Source of the DNA: the human T2T-CHM13v2.0 reference genome, Homo sapiens
Strand: one strand, 5' to 3'
Length of the DNA stretch: 64,000 nt
Assembly (NCBI RefSeq): GCF_009914755.1
Contig: NC_060935.1
The translations under genes were made by a program, and so were the position numbers. The notes under the pieces were generated by a model. The model saw nothing but the letters and a program-made list of their open reading frames with translations. It searched no databases and was not told the DNA's origin. Positions 1-11,624 of the stretch are shown here, in pieces. Every line of letters begins with the position of its first letter. Within the stretch, counting starts at the first letter, position 1.

Positions 1-332
1 CCCTTTAGCGGGAAGGCTGAGGCAGGAAGCTGCCTGTCCATCTGGATTTACTCCCACAAGGCTCCTAGACAGGTAGGGTCTGAACAAAACCCAGGGCTGC
101 CTAGCACTGTGCCAGGCCCTCAGGAACCTGAAACAAATGCTCCGTAGAAAAAAATGGCTGGCTGCTTCCCAGCGGGGGGTGTGCCGGGGCCGCTGGGGAG
201 AGGCTGTTTCAAAGCAGGAGGCCAGCCCAGCAAGATGTCAGGACCACCTGCTGGGACCTAGGGTAAGGATCTAGGTGAGCATGCTTGGGGAGTTTCTTCC
301 AATGTCCTGACTTAATTCCTAGGAATGATGCT

Positions 333-490
333 TTGGAACACTTACTATGGCACCATTCTAAGTGTGTCTCATATATTACTGCATTTGACCTTCACAACAA
401 TGCTATCAGGTCGGTGTTATTTTCTCCATTTACAGAGGGGAAAACTGAGGCAGGGAGAGGTAGCCATGAGCCCGGGCACCTAGCCAGAAG
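333..490 (-). mobile_element. MIR SINE
   Basis: Reverse MIR core: ccatttacagaggggaaaactgaggc. Confidence 0.8.
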
Positions 491-734
491 GTCCGTGGGA
501 GAAGCAGCAGCCTGCCAAGAGTCACAGCAGCAGCTGAGCGGCATCCAATGGCAGGACCCCAGTGGGTGGGGAGAGACAGCCCCTCCGACAGGGAGGCCAG
601 AGCCTTGCCCACCCCTCACAGTCCCCACCGAAGGGAGTTGGTCTAAGTCCCGCCACACTTGTGGAGCCTGGTTTTACTATATGTTTCCCTTCTCCCCCAC
701 CACAGCCGCTACACTGAGTCCTCTGAACAAGTCT

Positions 735-762
735 GTTTCCATGGAAACCATACAGTGACTCA
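735..762. promoter_or_regulatory. RFX X-box palindrome plus AP-1 site
   Basis: Perfect palindrome GTTTCCATGGAAAC at 735-748, and TGACTCA at 756-762. Confidence 0.5.
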
Positions 763-2885
763 GGGCTTCGGGACCTTCTCTGAACCAGATTATGAATATC
801 AAATGCTCCCTCCCCGCACCAATGCAGAGTGGAGTTGGGAAAGTAAAGAGAGATCCACAGCGGGCAAGGGAGGGAGACAGAGGGGTAGGCAAGGGGAATC
901 TAGTAGGGCATGAACCTGGCCCCCAGGGAGGACCTGGCACTTGAGCCCCTCCTGCAGACTCAGTGGAACACAGAGGTACTCCTCCTCCGATGCGGCCTGA
1001 CACACACCCCTCTATCAGTGTCGTCAGCACCACCCTTGCCCAGGAGCTAGGGCCCTGTCGGCAAGGGTTGGGGGGAGAGTGATCAGGGGGATACATCCCT
1101 CTCCCAGCAGGGGCCTGTGACTCACAGAGATGGCTCAGGGGCCAGGACAGAGGGAAGCTTGACTTTGGATGTTGGGGAGGAAACCCCTGGCCAAAAGCAT
1201 TGCAACTACTCAGCAAAGAGGGAGATTTGGATTTTAGGGAAAATGCGTTTCTGCTTTGAGATGGGGAAGCCGGGTGTTGAGTGAAGGGGGCTGGGGGTGG
1301 CACCTGGCCATGATTTTGAAGACCCAGCAGAGTTTGGGGGATGATTAGCAGAGACTTGCTCTCCCTGGTGCCCCTCCCCTCCCCACCCCATCACTGTGAA
1401 GCATCCTGGCCTAGGGCTGCTCACCGCCAGGATGAGGGACTGGCAACAGGAAAATCAAAGGTGCCATGCCAGGCTCCTGGCCTCCTGCAGGGGTTCAAGG
1501 CTCAAGGGCAAATCCACCCATTCCTTTCCCCAGCAGCTCCCTAAAGACCCGGTAGGGAGGGGAATTGAATAGGTTGGAAGCCTGATACCTCCCTGGTGAA
1601 TGTGATGTGTGAGTCATGACGATGAAAGCACTTTGAAAAAGAAACAGGGTCATCATGATGCCTGGAAGTGTCCCCACTGCTGAGGACAGGAGCCTGGGAA
1701 CTGCCTGCCCAGGTAAGGTCTCTGCCTGAGACAGCAGGCCCCACTGCAAGGGGCTGAGGAACCTCTGGAGGTAGACACCTGGCCCACTCGTTCCCACCTG
1801 CTTGCCTCTGACGTCCCTGTGCTGGTCAAAGCAGCTTCCTCCCAGCCAGGGTGCCTGACTCCTGCGCCCAAGCCTGCCCCCAGCTCCTCCCACCCCTCCA
1901 GAAGTTGCTGGACTGAATTTCTGTCCTTGACTGGACAGCCACCTCCCCTGCCCCAGCCTCCAGCTCCCTGTCAATGGCCGGCCCAAGCCCGTCTTCGGGC
2001 ACCTGGACCCTAGGAGTGGCCCTTCCTAGGGAGTCCGCTGCCGAAGAGCAGTTTTAAGTCCACTAAGAGGAAGCCGGCCCCAGAGCTGAGGAAGGCAGTC
2101 CTGTGAAAGGGCAGGCCCGGGGTGGGGGAGGGGGCACACCTGAAATCAGGCCAAGGTGCCACTCCAGGACGACCCCCGGGTCTTACCTTCCTCAGGCAGC
2201 CTGGCCTTTTAACGCCCAGCATCCCAGCTAGGGTTACTCTGGGCTGTTACCGCGAAAGCCAGCACTGGGTCCCTGGAGCCTGGGAGGGGCTGATCCCCGG
2301 GTCCTACCCAGAGAAGAGCGGGAGGGTTGTTCCGGCTTTCCGTGGTGGGCTCTGCACCATCCGGCGGCTCCGGCCCCACAGGGGCCCAGCTCATCGCAGC
2401 GGTCTGGGTGCGGAGGCCGGGCCAGGGCTGGGAGCAGGAAGCGGGGAGCGGCGCCCCCGCCTCCGGGTGCAGCTGGGTTTGGAAAGTTGGTGCGGGCGCG
2501 GGGACCTCAGGGTCTCAAGGCGCCTCCGCAGACCCGAGCCAGGCGGGTCGTGGGACGGTGAGCCCGGAGCAGCCCCTGAGTGCGCTCCGCAGCGGAGGGG
2601 AGCCAAGCGCCTCGGGGGCCACCGCGCGTCTCAAGTTTGCTGCCCTCCTCGAATGGGGGCAGGGAGGGCTGAGGTGATCGCGGCGCTCACGGGCCACCAG
2701 CCCCGGCAGCCCTTTCCTGCGCCCAACACGCCGCCGTTCCTCGCCGCCGCCACCCCTCCGCTCACCGCCGGTAGCTGCTGTCCCCGAGCGGAGGGGCGTC
2801 TCCCACCGCGCCCGCGCCCCTCCCGGCTGCTGCGGCGGAGTGTCCGCTCCCACCCGCCCCGGAGCCCGCGGGGCCCGGCCAATAC

Positions 2886-2935
2886 CTGGTCGGGGACGCG
2901 CCGGGAGCAGCTGCAGCGCCCAGCGCCGGCTCCAT
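2886..2935 (-). promoter_or_regulatory. uORF3 (MEPALGAAAAPGASPT..., crosses the splice donor)
   Basis: CGAGG ATG G is a strong Kozak context (A -3, G +4); 16 codons plus 2 nt before the donor. Confidence 0.5.
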
Positions 2936-2949
2936 CCTCGGGTCTGGAG

Positions 2950-3003
2950 TCAGGGTCGCCGGGGACCCGCGGGTGGCGGCGGCGGCAGCAGCCGCGGCGG
3001 CAT
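2950..3003 (-). promoter_or_regulatory. uORF2 (MPPRLLPPPPPAGPRRP*)
   Basis: GGAGG ATG C context (A at -3), 17 codons then TGA at 2952-2950. Confidence 0.5.
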
Positions 3004-3071
3004 CCTCCGCCTCCCGCGCCCTCCTCCTCGGCCTCCCTCCTCCCTCCTCTTCCTCCGACTCCGCGCGCGCC

Positions 3072-3089
3072 TCACGGGCCCCTCTTCAT
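3072..3089 (-). promoter_or_regulatory. uORF1 (MKRGP*)
   Basis: GCC ATG AAG AGG GGC CCG TGA on the minus strand; included only if the TSS lies upstream of 3089. Confidence 0.4.
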
Positions 3090-4549
3090 GGCCCGGGGGC
3101 GCGAGCCCGGGGCGGCTCGAGCAGCTGAGTGCGTTCTCTCCGGCCGGACGCGGGACCCGGGGCCGGGGCTCAGGGACCCGAGAGATGCCGGGACAGGGGC
3201 CGGGACCCGGAGCGCCGCAGCCCCGGGCGTCGGAGGAGAGCAGCAGCCGCAGGCACCAGAGCCTCTCGGAGCGCCCGCCCGCGTCCCCGAGCCAAGAGCA
3301 GCGGCGGCAGCGGCGGCTACAGCGCCGAGCGAGCGGCAGGCGCTGCGGTCCCGGCTCCACCCCCGAGCCGCCCGCCCCTTCTCCTCCCCACCCCTTCGGC
3401 GCGCGCCTTCCCGCCCCCCGCGCCGCCCCAGCCGCGAGCGCCCTGGACACCCACTCCGCAGCCAGGCTCCGGAGCCCGCCCCCACCCACCCGCCGGGGGC
3501 AGCCACGCCCACCACCCGGACTTTGGGCGGCCGGCGGGCAAGGGCACCGGCTGTCTCTGGCACCTCTCCGCGTAGCCTCCCTTCCCCTTACCCCCGAGGG
3601 CGCTGCTGGCCGGGCCGCCAAAGCCTTTCGCCCCCCCAGCGCCCCTCGCCGCGGAAGTCCTGCTGGAGTCCCAGCCTGGCCCCTGGCCCAGCTGTCCTTT
3701 ACCTCTTGCCCAGCCAGCGGCACAGAGGGACTTCAGAACCCAGAACTGAAGCCAACCATCTCTGTGTGCAATACCCTGACACACACCCCTAGCCTTTCCT
3801 CCTTCCCCGCCCCTCTGCTTCTCAAGTGTGGGGATGAATCATTTGTCCCCGCTGCAGTTGTCCCTCTTGGGCAGGGTCAGGGGGTGTCTTAATGGGACCT
3901 TAGAGTGGGTTTGCTGGCTGACCGTCTTCTAGGCCGCTCCTCCACACTGCCCACCTTCTTCCTACCAGACTGCCCCTGGCTTTCTAGGTGGCAATCTGGA
4001 GCCACCACTGCTTTTATGGATGAGGGATGGGGACAGAGCTGGCCAGCCGAGCACCTTGGGCCTGTATCCTCTGCACAAATATTGACTGAGCATCTTCCAC
4101 AGGCCTGGCCTTCATGGGCACCAGGGACTGGTTGATGAACCTCTCAGAGTGGAGTGGAGGAGAAGCAGGGTGCATGAGCAGAGCAATATCATGTGATCAG
4201 TGGCCCCTGGGCTGGAGAGGACGGCCAGGAGTCCCAGCTCTGCCACCACATCTGACATGACTGAGGCTGCCCACCCCAGTGGCCTGTTTCCTCATCTGGA
4301 GACTAGGAAGGTGCTTTGTCTGGCTGAACCTCTGATGCTCCTCAGTTCTGACCAAATGGTTATTTCTGAAGCAGAGGAACAGTCAGCCTTCATCTCCACC
4401 TGGAATCTCTGATTCCCGACTATAGCTCTCCATCACTCCTGGACTGGGGCGCAGAGAGCAGTGGATGGCTTGAAAACTCCAGGCATTCTGGGAAAGCCTC
4501 GTCCCCGATGTATGGGCAAGCAGCTGCTGCCTCCATCCCACACAGTGAA

Positions 4550-4772
4550 GCACAGCAGAATGGTTAGCACAGCAGTTTCCTGGGTCAGAGGAACCTGCTG
4601 TGTGTTTGCTGGGTGACTTTGTGTGAGTGATCAGCCTCTCTGCGGCTCAGTTTCCTCATCCAGAAGACAGAGGTACTGATCCTCACCCTGTAGGGGTGTT
4701 GTGAACACTGGATGGTAATGTGTGTAGAGCATTCAGCAGTGTCTGGCAAGGGGGTGAGTACTTAATAATTGC
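4550..4772 (+). mobile_element. MIR SINE
   Basis: Core ctcagtttcctcatcc and a MIR-like 3' end (agcattcagcagtgtctggc...acttaataa). Confidence 0.8.
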
Positions 4773-5599
4773 ACATTGTTGCGTTCAGGGTAGCCAGGAA
4801 CAAACATTCACTCACTCGCCAAGAGGAGAACATGACAGCTGCACTTCCCTGGAGGACTGGGCTCTCGGGTCATCAAGAAGGTCTCCCTCTCTCCACCCAG
4901 AGCAGATGGTATGAAGGCCCTTGCCCCAAGGGTCCCACTAGACCAAATGGTCATTTATCTTGGTCACAATTGCAAACTCATAACTATAAACTCCTCTCCC
5001 CCATCTCCACCCCCATCAAGCTGGAGGGGCTAACAGCACCTTCCAGTGCGCATTCCTGTAGCCACAGCACCTGGGATGGCAGAGTCAGTCCTCAGTCCTG
5101 ACTCCAAGGCTACCAAGTCTGTTTCTCCACCTGCCTTCCCCCTCCCCACCCCCGCCCAGGGAGTGGCAGCGTACTGAGATGCCTAACAAGAGTGGTGCTG
5201 ACCTTCCAAAAGCTAAGACTTCATGTTTCCAAATCGTGACTGTCCCTCTATAAAAAACCAAGCTCTAATAGCCTTGGGCTGAGCCATCAGAACCTTCCTT
5301 TTCACCCAGAGTTAATCCCTCCCCAAGTTTTCAGGCTGACGAGAATAGTCAGGGTTTAGAGAAAGCTTTCTCTATCTTGCACTACCAGATCCAGCGCCTC
5401 ATTTTTCAAATTCTGGTGTATTTCGGGTAGAGAGGAGGGAAAAGTACATCTGGCTGACATGAAAAGATTGGTGTGGTTGTAATGTAAAGACAGAGTGGAA
5501 TTTGGGAAATTTTTGAAGAACATTTAAACTCTAAAAATAGACAAAAGACCCGCTCTCAGAAACACTAGGATTCTGTCTCCCGTTTCCTGGAATCCCCCA

Positions 5600-5910
5600 C
5601 TTGACAAACATGGGTGTTTTAGGAGTGCCTATGGTGTGGATTGCACTGTGACAGGTGCCGAGGGGAAAAGGGGGAGGGGGAAACAGAAGCAAAGGGCTTG
5701 TGCTCAAGGAGTTTGGATCCTACACAATGAAGCAGCAAAGAAAAGTCACTACAAATACAATCAAATACAAAAAAATTTAGCCTTGGAAGTCAGAGGGAGG
5801 TGGACCCTTGGAGGGCCATTCAGGGAGGGCTTCCTGGAGGAGGAGAGAGTTGAACTGAGGCTTAAGAGATGGTTGGAATGTAAAAAGGCAGAAGAGCAGG
5901 AGAGCCTGTG
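5600..5910 (-). mobile_element. L2 fragment
   Basis: cagggagggcttcctggaggaggagagagttgaactgaggcttaaga is typical of antisense L2 3' sequence. Confidence 0.6.
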
Positions 5911-5959
5911 AAAGGAAACAGCAGCTGGGTGGGCTCATTTATGGGACAGGAGGGAGATT

Positions 5960-6205
5960 AATATTAGTGGCTAATGTTTGAGGTCTCAAGATGGGCCAGG
6001 CACTGTGCTGTTGGCTTTGTGTGAATTATTTTATTTAACTCTCAAAATAACCCCTTGAAGTAACCAATGTCATTCCCGTTTTACAGATGAGGAAACTGAG
6101 AGCTGAAAAGTTTAAGCAACTTTCCCAAATTTACAGAGCTGGTGAGCAACAGCGCGCCACAGCAGTCTGGCTTCCACGTACCTGGGCACTCTGCTCTGCC
6201 ACTCT
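5960..6205 (-). mobile_element. MIR SINE
   Basis: ttttacagatgaggaaactgagagctgaaaagtttaagcaactttcccaa. Confidence 0.85.
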
Positions 6206-6789
6206 GGCCAGGCTGACTCTAGTGGGGGCACCTGCAGGGAGGAGCTGGAGGTCAGGCAGTCTAGGGAGGCCAATGGCAGGTGGCAGGGCCTTCAGAAGCC
6301 CTCAGACAGAGGCATTTCCTGAAATGCAGCCCTCTGGCCTTCCTAGGGAACTCTAAAATGAGATATTCCCTCTTCTCTCGTCTGCATGCAGGTCCCTGAG
6401 GTATTTGGAAATTTGTTAAGGGATCTGGGGGGCTCAAGATTCTGGCTTTTTAATATCTTTCAACTGTCCATGTGGAGGCGATCTGTGCCACCCACCTTGT
6501 TATTTCAGTCTGTTCTGGGAGATGGATGGCCCAGGCTCTGATTTAAGATCTGCCGCGGCGATCCTCAATTTCCCATGTCTCATGGGGGACAGTGACAAGG
6601 CAGCAAGCACACGGAAGACGGCTTAGCTGTGCCCAGACTCCAGGCCCAAGAGCCCACAGCACCTGCAGAAAAAGTTCCAACCAGAAAAACCTGGGCAAAA
6701 ACAGACAGGCCCAGCAGACCTTTCCCGCAGGTGATGTGGAAACCCATTCATAATAGAGCCGGAGGGGCCCCAGAGGTGAGCTGAACCAA

Positions 6790-6880
6790 CTCCCGTATCT
6801 CACAGCTGGGCAAACTGAGGCCCAGAGAAGTTGCGTGACTTACCCAAGGCCATGCAGAAGTGAATTGAGCCTCCAACTGC
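6790..6880 (-). mobile_element. MIR fragment
   Basis: aaactgaggcccagagaagttgcgtgacttacccaaggcc. Confidence 0.75.
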
Positions 6881-9800
6881 GTCTCCTTTTTCAGGAAAAG
6901 CCCTCTTACTTGCCTCCTATCCCCCACTTCTGCCCTGTTCTGGATGAATTCCTCTTCTGGATGAATCAACCTCTTTGTTGTTGAAATAAAACAAAAAGGT
7001 GGGGGCCTTACTTCTGCCAGCCACTGTGCATATGATCCCATTTCCTCCTCTTACCATCCCCATGGGTCAATGGGTCTGAGGTTGCCAGGCTTTGCCAGCT
7101 CATGGATTCGGAACACCGCATCTCACTGAAACCCCTTTCCTGCCCCACCAGGTCCTCCAGCCAAAGCCCCTTGAAAAGCTACTTCACCTAGAAGGGTTTC
7201 TGTAAATCCCTCAAAGGGACATTAAGTTACTCCCAGACCAACCTGTCACCTGCATTCACCTCTAGCATGTTCTCCATTCCTGCTCTAAGAAACTGCCAGA
7301 GGCAAAGCAGCTACTTAAAGGAGTGCCTCATCCTAGCCTCACCAGGCTTCCCTCATTATGTCCCTTGTTGGGGAGCTAATGTTCAGGCCAAGGGACAAGC
7401 CCTGATGCTCCCATAGCTCCAGGCTGAGGCCACCAGAAGCAGGGAGAATGGCATCTTCCCCAACACAGAGGCCCTTGGGCTCCAGGGCCCCCAAAAGCAT
7501 TGCCACAGTGTCCCAAGGCCTCTCTGCAAACAGCCTATCTGGCTTTGGCTGCAACTTCTAACCCCAGCCTCAAATCCAGGCTGAGAGGCCAGGGAGAAGG
7601 GCACCCTTCCCTGTTTATTCTTGGAGCCACAGAAAGTGCTCCTCCTTTCCCAGTTACAGGACCAAATCCCCCAGATAAATTAGAGGATTCCAGCAAATCC
7701 TGGCGAGGGAAAACAGAAACTAAGGGCTTGGAAGTAGCCACGCCAGGATTTGAACCCCTATCTTGTGACCCCGTCCCCTGCACAATACACCTGCTGCCCA
7801 AACTGCCCCAGCCACCCCAGGGTTCTTGGCCCTCCTGGGACTGGTAGGTGGGAAGGCAGGGAGTGGTCTGTGCTGGGGGAGATTTGATCCTCAGCTCATC
7901 AAAGGAGGCTCCACACTCTGGGAGTTTCGTCTTCCTTCCTCTGGCCTCATGGGTCCAGTCCAGAGCTTGCCAAGGTGAGTCTCTTCCAAGACCAAAGGTC
8001 TTGGGAGGAAGAAAAGATCAGAGGAAGCCAGATGTCCCTTCCTTCTGAGGAAGGAGCCTGCTCCAGCTAGCCTTTGAGGAAGGGATCCAGCACAGATGCT
8101 GACCTTCCTTAACCTACTCTGCTGGCCATTGCCATACTCTCCCCTGTGGCCCGAGAGCCACAGTGAGTGCTCTCATCACCCAGTGCTTCCCCCAGGTTCC
8201 CCACTAGAGCCTTCCTGCAGTGGAAGTGCAGTGCTGGCCATAGGCCCATGTTCATCTTAGGAAGGTCCCCACCTCCCACTGCCCACCCCAACACACCTGG
8301 CACCAGGCTACGTCCTGAGACACCCAGCCACAGGGCCATGAGGAGACAGACTGACCAAAAGCAAACAAGGCCAAAGATAGGCCCCCGACCCTGAATCTGA
8401 TCTACAAATATGACACAGTGAATATCTCACAGGGCCTGGGGTTGGGGAGGTGATGGGAGTTGGGGGCGGACTGCACAACAGGACCGTGGGCTGCAATTAA
8501 AATTCCCATCCCGGGTAATTCCCGGGCCTCCGTGGGGCTGTTTCCATGGCAAGGGAGGCTGGCCCAGGGAAGGCAGGCTCCGTGCAGGGCTGAGCTCCCT
8601 CCTCTGCCCCTGCCCACAAAAGCCTCAGCCATGGGCCGGGCAGTTCCGAGCCAGATCTGTGATCCAGCTCAGAATGTGGCAAGGTGCAGGCAGAGGCCCA
8701 GGAGACAGCCCCTGCTCCCAAACACTGTGGGCAGGTGCCCAAACTGGCAGGGAAGGAAAGGAGGGACAGTGTCTGTGCCCAGGGAGCCACTCCGTGACAT
8801 GTCCTAAAACAATATGAAGCCACTAGGGCCCTGGCCCTCGAGCAGCCAGGTAGCAGGAAGGAAAAGTCAGGAAGAAACCTTCCACCCTCAGGAAGCGTGC
8901 TCCTTGTCTGATAAACCCTTCCCATCACCAGGGTCCTTCAGTACCCCCACTGGCCTCCAGGCAAGGCTCCCCCTATCCTGCCTCCCGCCCACTCACCTCT
9001 CACACATCGTCACCCCTAGTCCTCACTCCCTCTTGCCCACACGGGCTCACCACCTGCTGGACCCCAAGGCAGCCCTTTCTGCAGCCCTGGCTACTGCCAA
9101 GAAGGCTGGAGGCCCTTCTGGCGTGTTCCCTGCTGGCAGGTGGGGATGAGCAGGCCAGAGTGGGTACACATCTCCACAGGCAGACATCGGAGGTGGTAAG
9201 GTCAGGAGAGAGACGCCAGGGCTGTCCCTGAGGCCTCACCTCTGAGGAATCCTGCAGAAGCTCAGTGGGCTGGACAGATAATGTGTAATACCAGTACACA
9301 GAACTCCCGCATCTGGAGAGTTTGGCCTGCAGAGGACACCACAGGTCCTGCCTCCTGGGGGGTGGTTCTGGAGCCTGGGTTCCCTGGGAGGGGAGGCCTG
9401 CTTCCAGGTGGTTCCCCTGCAGGCTGCTTCCACGGGGCCCTCAGGCTGCCCATACTCATTCATCCCAGGAGGGGAGAGAAGGGGAGACAAGTGAATCTGA
9501 TTTCACTTCCTTTCTCTCACCTAGTCCCCATTCCTGATCTGCCCCCAGCCTCTCTGCTCCAAGTGCACCATCTGCAGGCGGTCCCAGCCCCTGGCATTCA
9601 GGAGCCAGTGGACAGCTTGGAGAATGGGAGGTGTCCTCAGGCACCCTGCCCAGCCCCAGCCTCGACTGGTGCTCTTTCCCTCCTCCCTCTGCGGGAGGAG
9701 GGGGAGTGGGTGTCCCCATCAGGTGTGGTCAGCCCTTGGTCAGGAGCCCATGGGCACCTCCCACTAGACAGCCCAGCCCTGGTCAATGCCACACCAGTGG

Positions 9801-9890
9801 CTCTGGGAACTCAGCCCAGGAACAATGGGGCCATTCACTCAGCCTGGGCTTCACACAATGACCCTCTTGGTCTATCTCCGTGGCTAGACG

Positions 9891-9913
9891 GTGTGTGAGT
9901 GAGAGTGAGTGTG

Positions 9914-9946
<33 letters not shown>
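9891..9946. repeat. Compound (GAGTGT)/(GT)n microsatellite
   Basis: Pure GT run at 9921-9946, preceded by GAGT/GAGTGT units. Confidence 0.95.
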
Positions 9947-9952
<6 letters not shown>

Positions 9953-10169
9953 CAGAGGGAAACTGGAGGTAACTAGAGAGCCCAAACAGAGGCAGGAGAA
10001 AGAGTAGCAACTAGGGATTTCATGATATTCATGCCGGTATCTATCCTATGTGCCAGGCACTGTACTGGGTACTTGCATTATCTTCACAACAGCCCTGTGA
10101 GTCAGTCCCAATAGAAGCCCCATTTTCAAGCTAAGGAAACCGAGGTAGGGTCATAGAAGTCAGAATAAC

Positions 10170-10480
10170 AGGAACATCTTGGTGGTGGTATCCTCTAGTT
10201 TTATTTGGGTGGTGGTCCCATGGGTGCATACTTATGCAAACATTCATTGTGCTGTCCACTGAAGAGTTGTCCATTTTGTTGTCTGTAAATTGCATTTCAG
10301 TAAAAAATAAAATAAAAATGATGTTGCGTCAATTGAATTAAATATTACCCAGCCCTGATTAAAGAATGAGGAAGCTCTTTGTATGCTAATATGCATCTCC
10401 AAGATACACTATTTAATGAAAAAGAGCAATGTGCAAAACATTGTTTTGCAGGTAGTATGCAAACACATATTTTATGTTTG

Positions 10481-10519
<39 letters not shown>

Positions 10520-11035
10520 TTTTGAGACAGGGTCTCTCTCTGTCACCCAGGCTGGAATGCAGTCATGAGATCATGGCTCACTGAAGCCTCAACATCCCGG
10601 GCTCAAGTTATTCAAGTTATTCCTCCCATTCCTCCCATTTCAGCCTCCCGAATAGCTGAGCTTTTTTGTTTGTTTGTTTTTCTTTTTTGTTTTTGGTGAG
10701 ATGTGGTTTCGCCATGTTGCCCAGGCTGGTCTCAAACTCTTGAGCTCAAGCAATCCTCCTACCTCAGCTGCCCAAAATGCTGTGATTACAGGCATGAACC
10801 ACCATGCCCAGCCCTGCAAACGCATATTTTAAAATACCATCTATACAAATCTGCTTGTGCATGTAGATTATCTCCAGACAGACACGGAGAAACGATGCTT
10901 CCTCTGGAAGAGCAGCCACGTGGCTGAGACAGAGGCAGGAGGAAGACTTTCCACGATATACCCTTTTTCTTAACCCATGGGAGTGTATTACTTATTCAAA
11001 AATTAAGTGAAATTAAAACAAACAATAAAACAGTG
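10170..11035 (+). mobile_element. Old L1M (L1ME-like) 3' fragments interrupted by an Alu
   Basis: L1 3'-UTR-like text (atttgggtggtgg...gtaaattgcatttcagtaaaaa; aatgaaaaagagcaatgtgcaaaaca). Confidence 0.55.
10475..10813 (-). mobile_element. AluJ element with (TTTA)n tail
   Basis: Reverse Alu dimer (gagacagggtctc...ccatgcccagcc). 17-bp TSD TGCAAAC[A/G]CATATTTTA at 10458-10474 and 10815-10831. Confidence 0.95.
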
Positions 11036-11624
11036 CCTGAGTTGCTGATTCCAAAGCCATTATATCAATTGCTTCAATGCACTTAATTCCAAAGCAAATG
11101 GCCTCTCCACTCCTCCCACTCCTTTCCAGCCCATCTCCCTTCCTCAAACCCAACCAAACTGCACCTGGTTGTGGCTGTCCAGCTGGGGAAAGTTCATGGC
11201 TGGTCTCCACAATGGACCCTCCAGAACCCACTGCTGTCTGAGAGCCAGGCAGCTGGGCCAGAGCTAGAGCCCTCAAGAAGCTGCTAACCTCGAGAGCCAA
11301 GTGCCCCACTGGCTCCTGAATGCAATGAGTGCCACAGGGTGGCTGACAACTCACTGGGACCTTCCAGCTCAGGGTGACTCCCCAGGTCCCCATGCAGCCC
11401 AGTGGTCTCCACCTTACTGTCACTGCCTCCCACGCTCCCTCCATGGGTCAGCAGGCAAACCCAGCCCAGGCCTGGTCATGAGGAAGATCCCAGGTCCAGA
11501 GGCATACCGAAAGTCAACAGTCAGGCAATGAGTGCAGCGAGAGGCAGCCTACTAGAGGAATCCAAGGCTTTAGATGACCACAGCTGAGCCTGTGGCTTCT
11601 CAAAAAGAGCCAGCTTGGTTTACA

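Larger units (their letters stand above)
1..2885 (-). other. Start of intron 1 of the minus-strand gene
   Basis: Lies downstream of the GT donor at 2885-2884; no convincing coding exon in 1-2885. Confidence 0.55.
2886..3350 (-). other. KCND3: Non-coding first exon (5' UTR) of a minus-strand gene, probably KCND3 (Kv4.3 potassium channel); 5' boundary/TSS uncertain
   Basis: Minus-strand splice donor ACCAG|GTATTG (exon ends 2886, GT at 2885-2884) inside the CpG island. The sequence ...GGCGCTGCAGCTGCTCCCGGCGCGTCCCCGACCAG matches my recollection of the KCND3 5' UTR. Gene identity is from memory, not a database search. Confidence 0.6.
2300..3700. promoter_or_regulatory. CpG island promoter
   Basis: About 1.4 kb, very GC-rich and dense in CpG, against CpG-depleted flanks. 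Contains GC boxes (CCCGCCCC) and an ETS-like CGGAAGT at 3652-3658. Confidence 0.95.

Noticed and set aside
2886-3350. Alternative identity as IGSF3 exon 1
   Set aside because: As I recall, miR-320b-1 (AAAAGCTGGGTTGAGAGGGCAA) lies about 4 kb upstream of IGSF3; I did not find it in this window.
2122-3892. Long ORFs of 556 aa (2122-3792 +), 350 aa (2840-3892 +) and 257 aa (2950-3723 -)
   Set aside because: They start at GTG-type codons, overlap in several frames on both strands, and are Pro/Arg/Gly/Ala low-complexity. This is the expected stop-codon depletion of a CpG island; no domain is recognisable.
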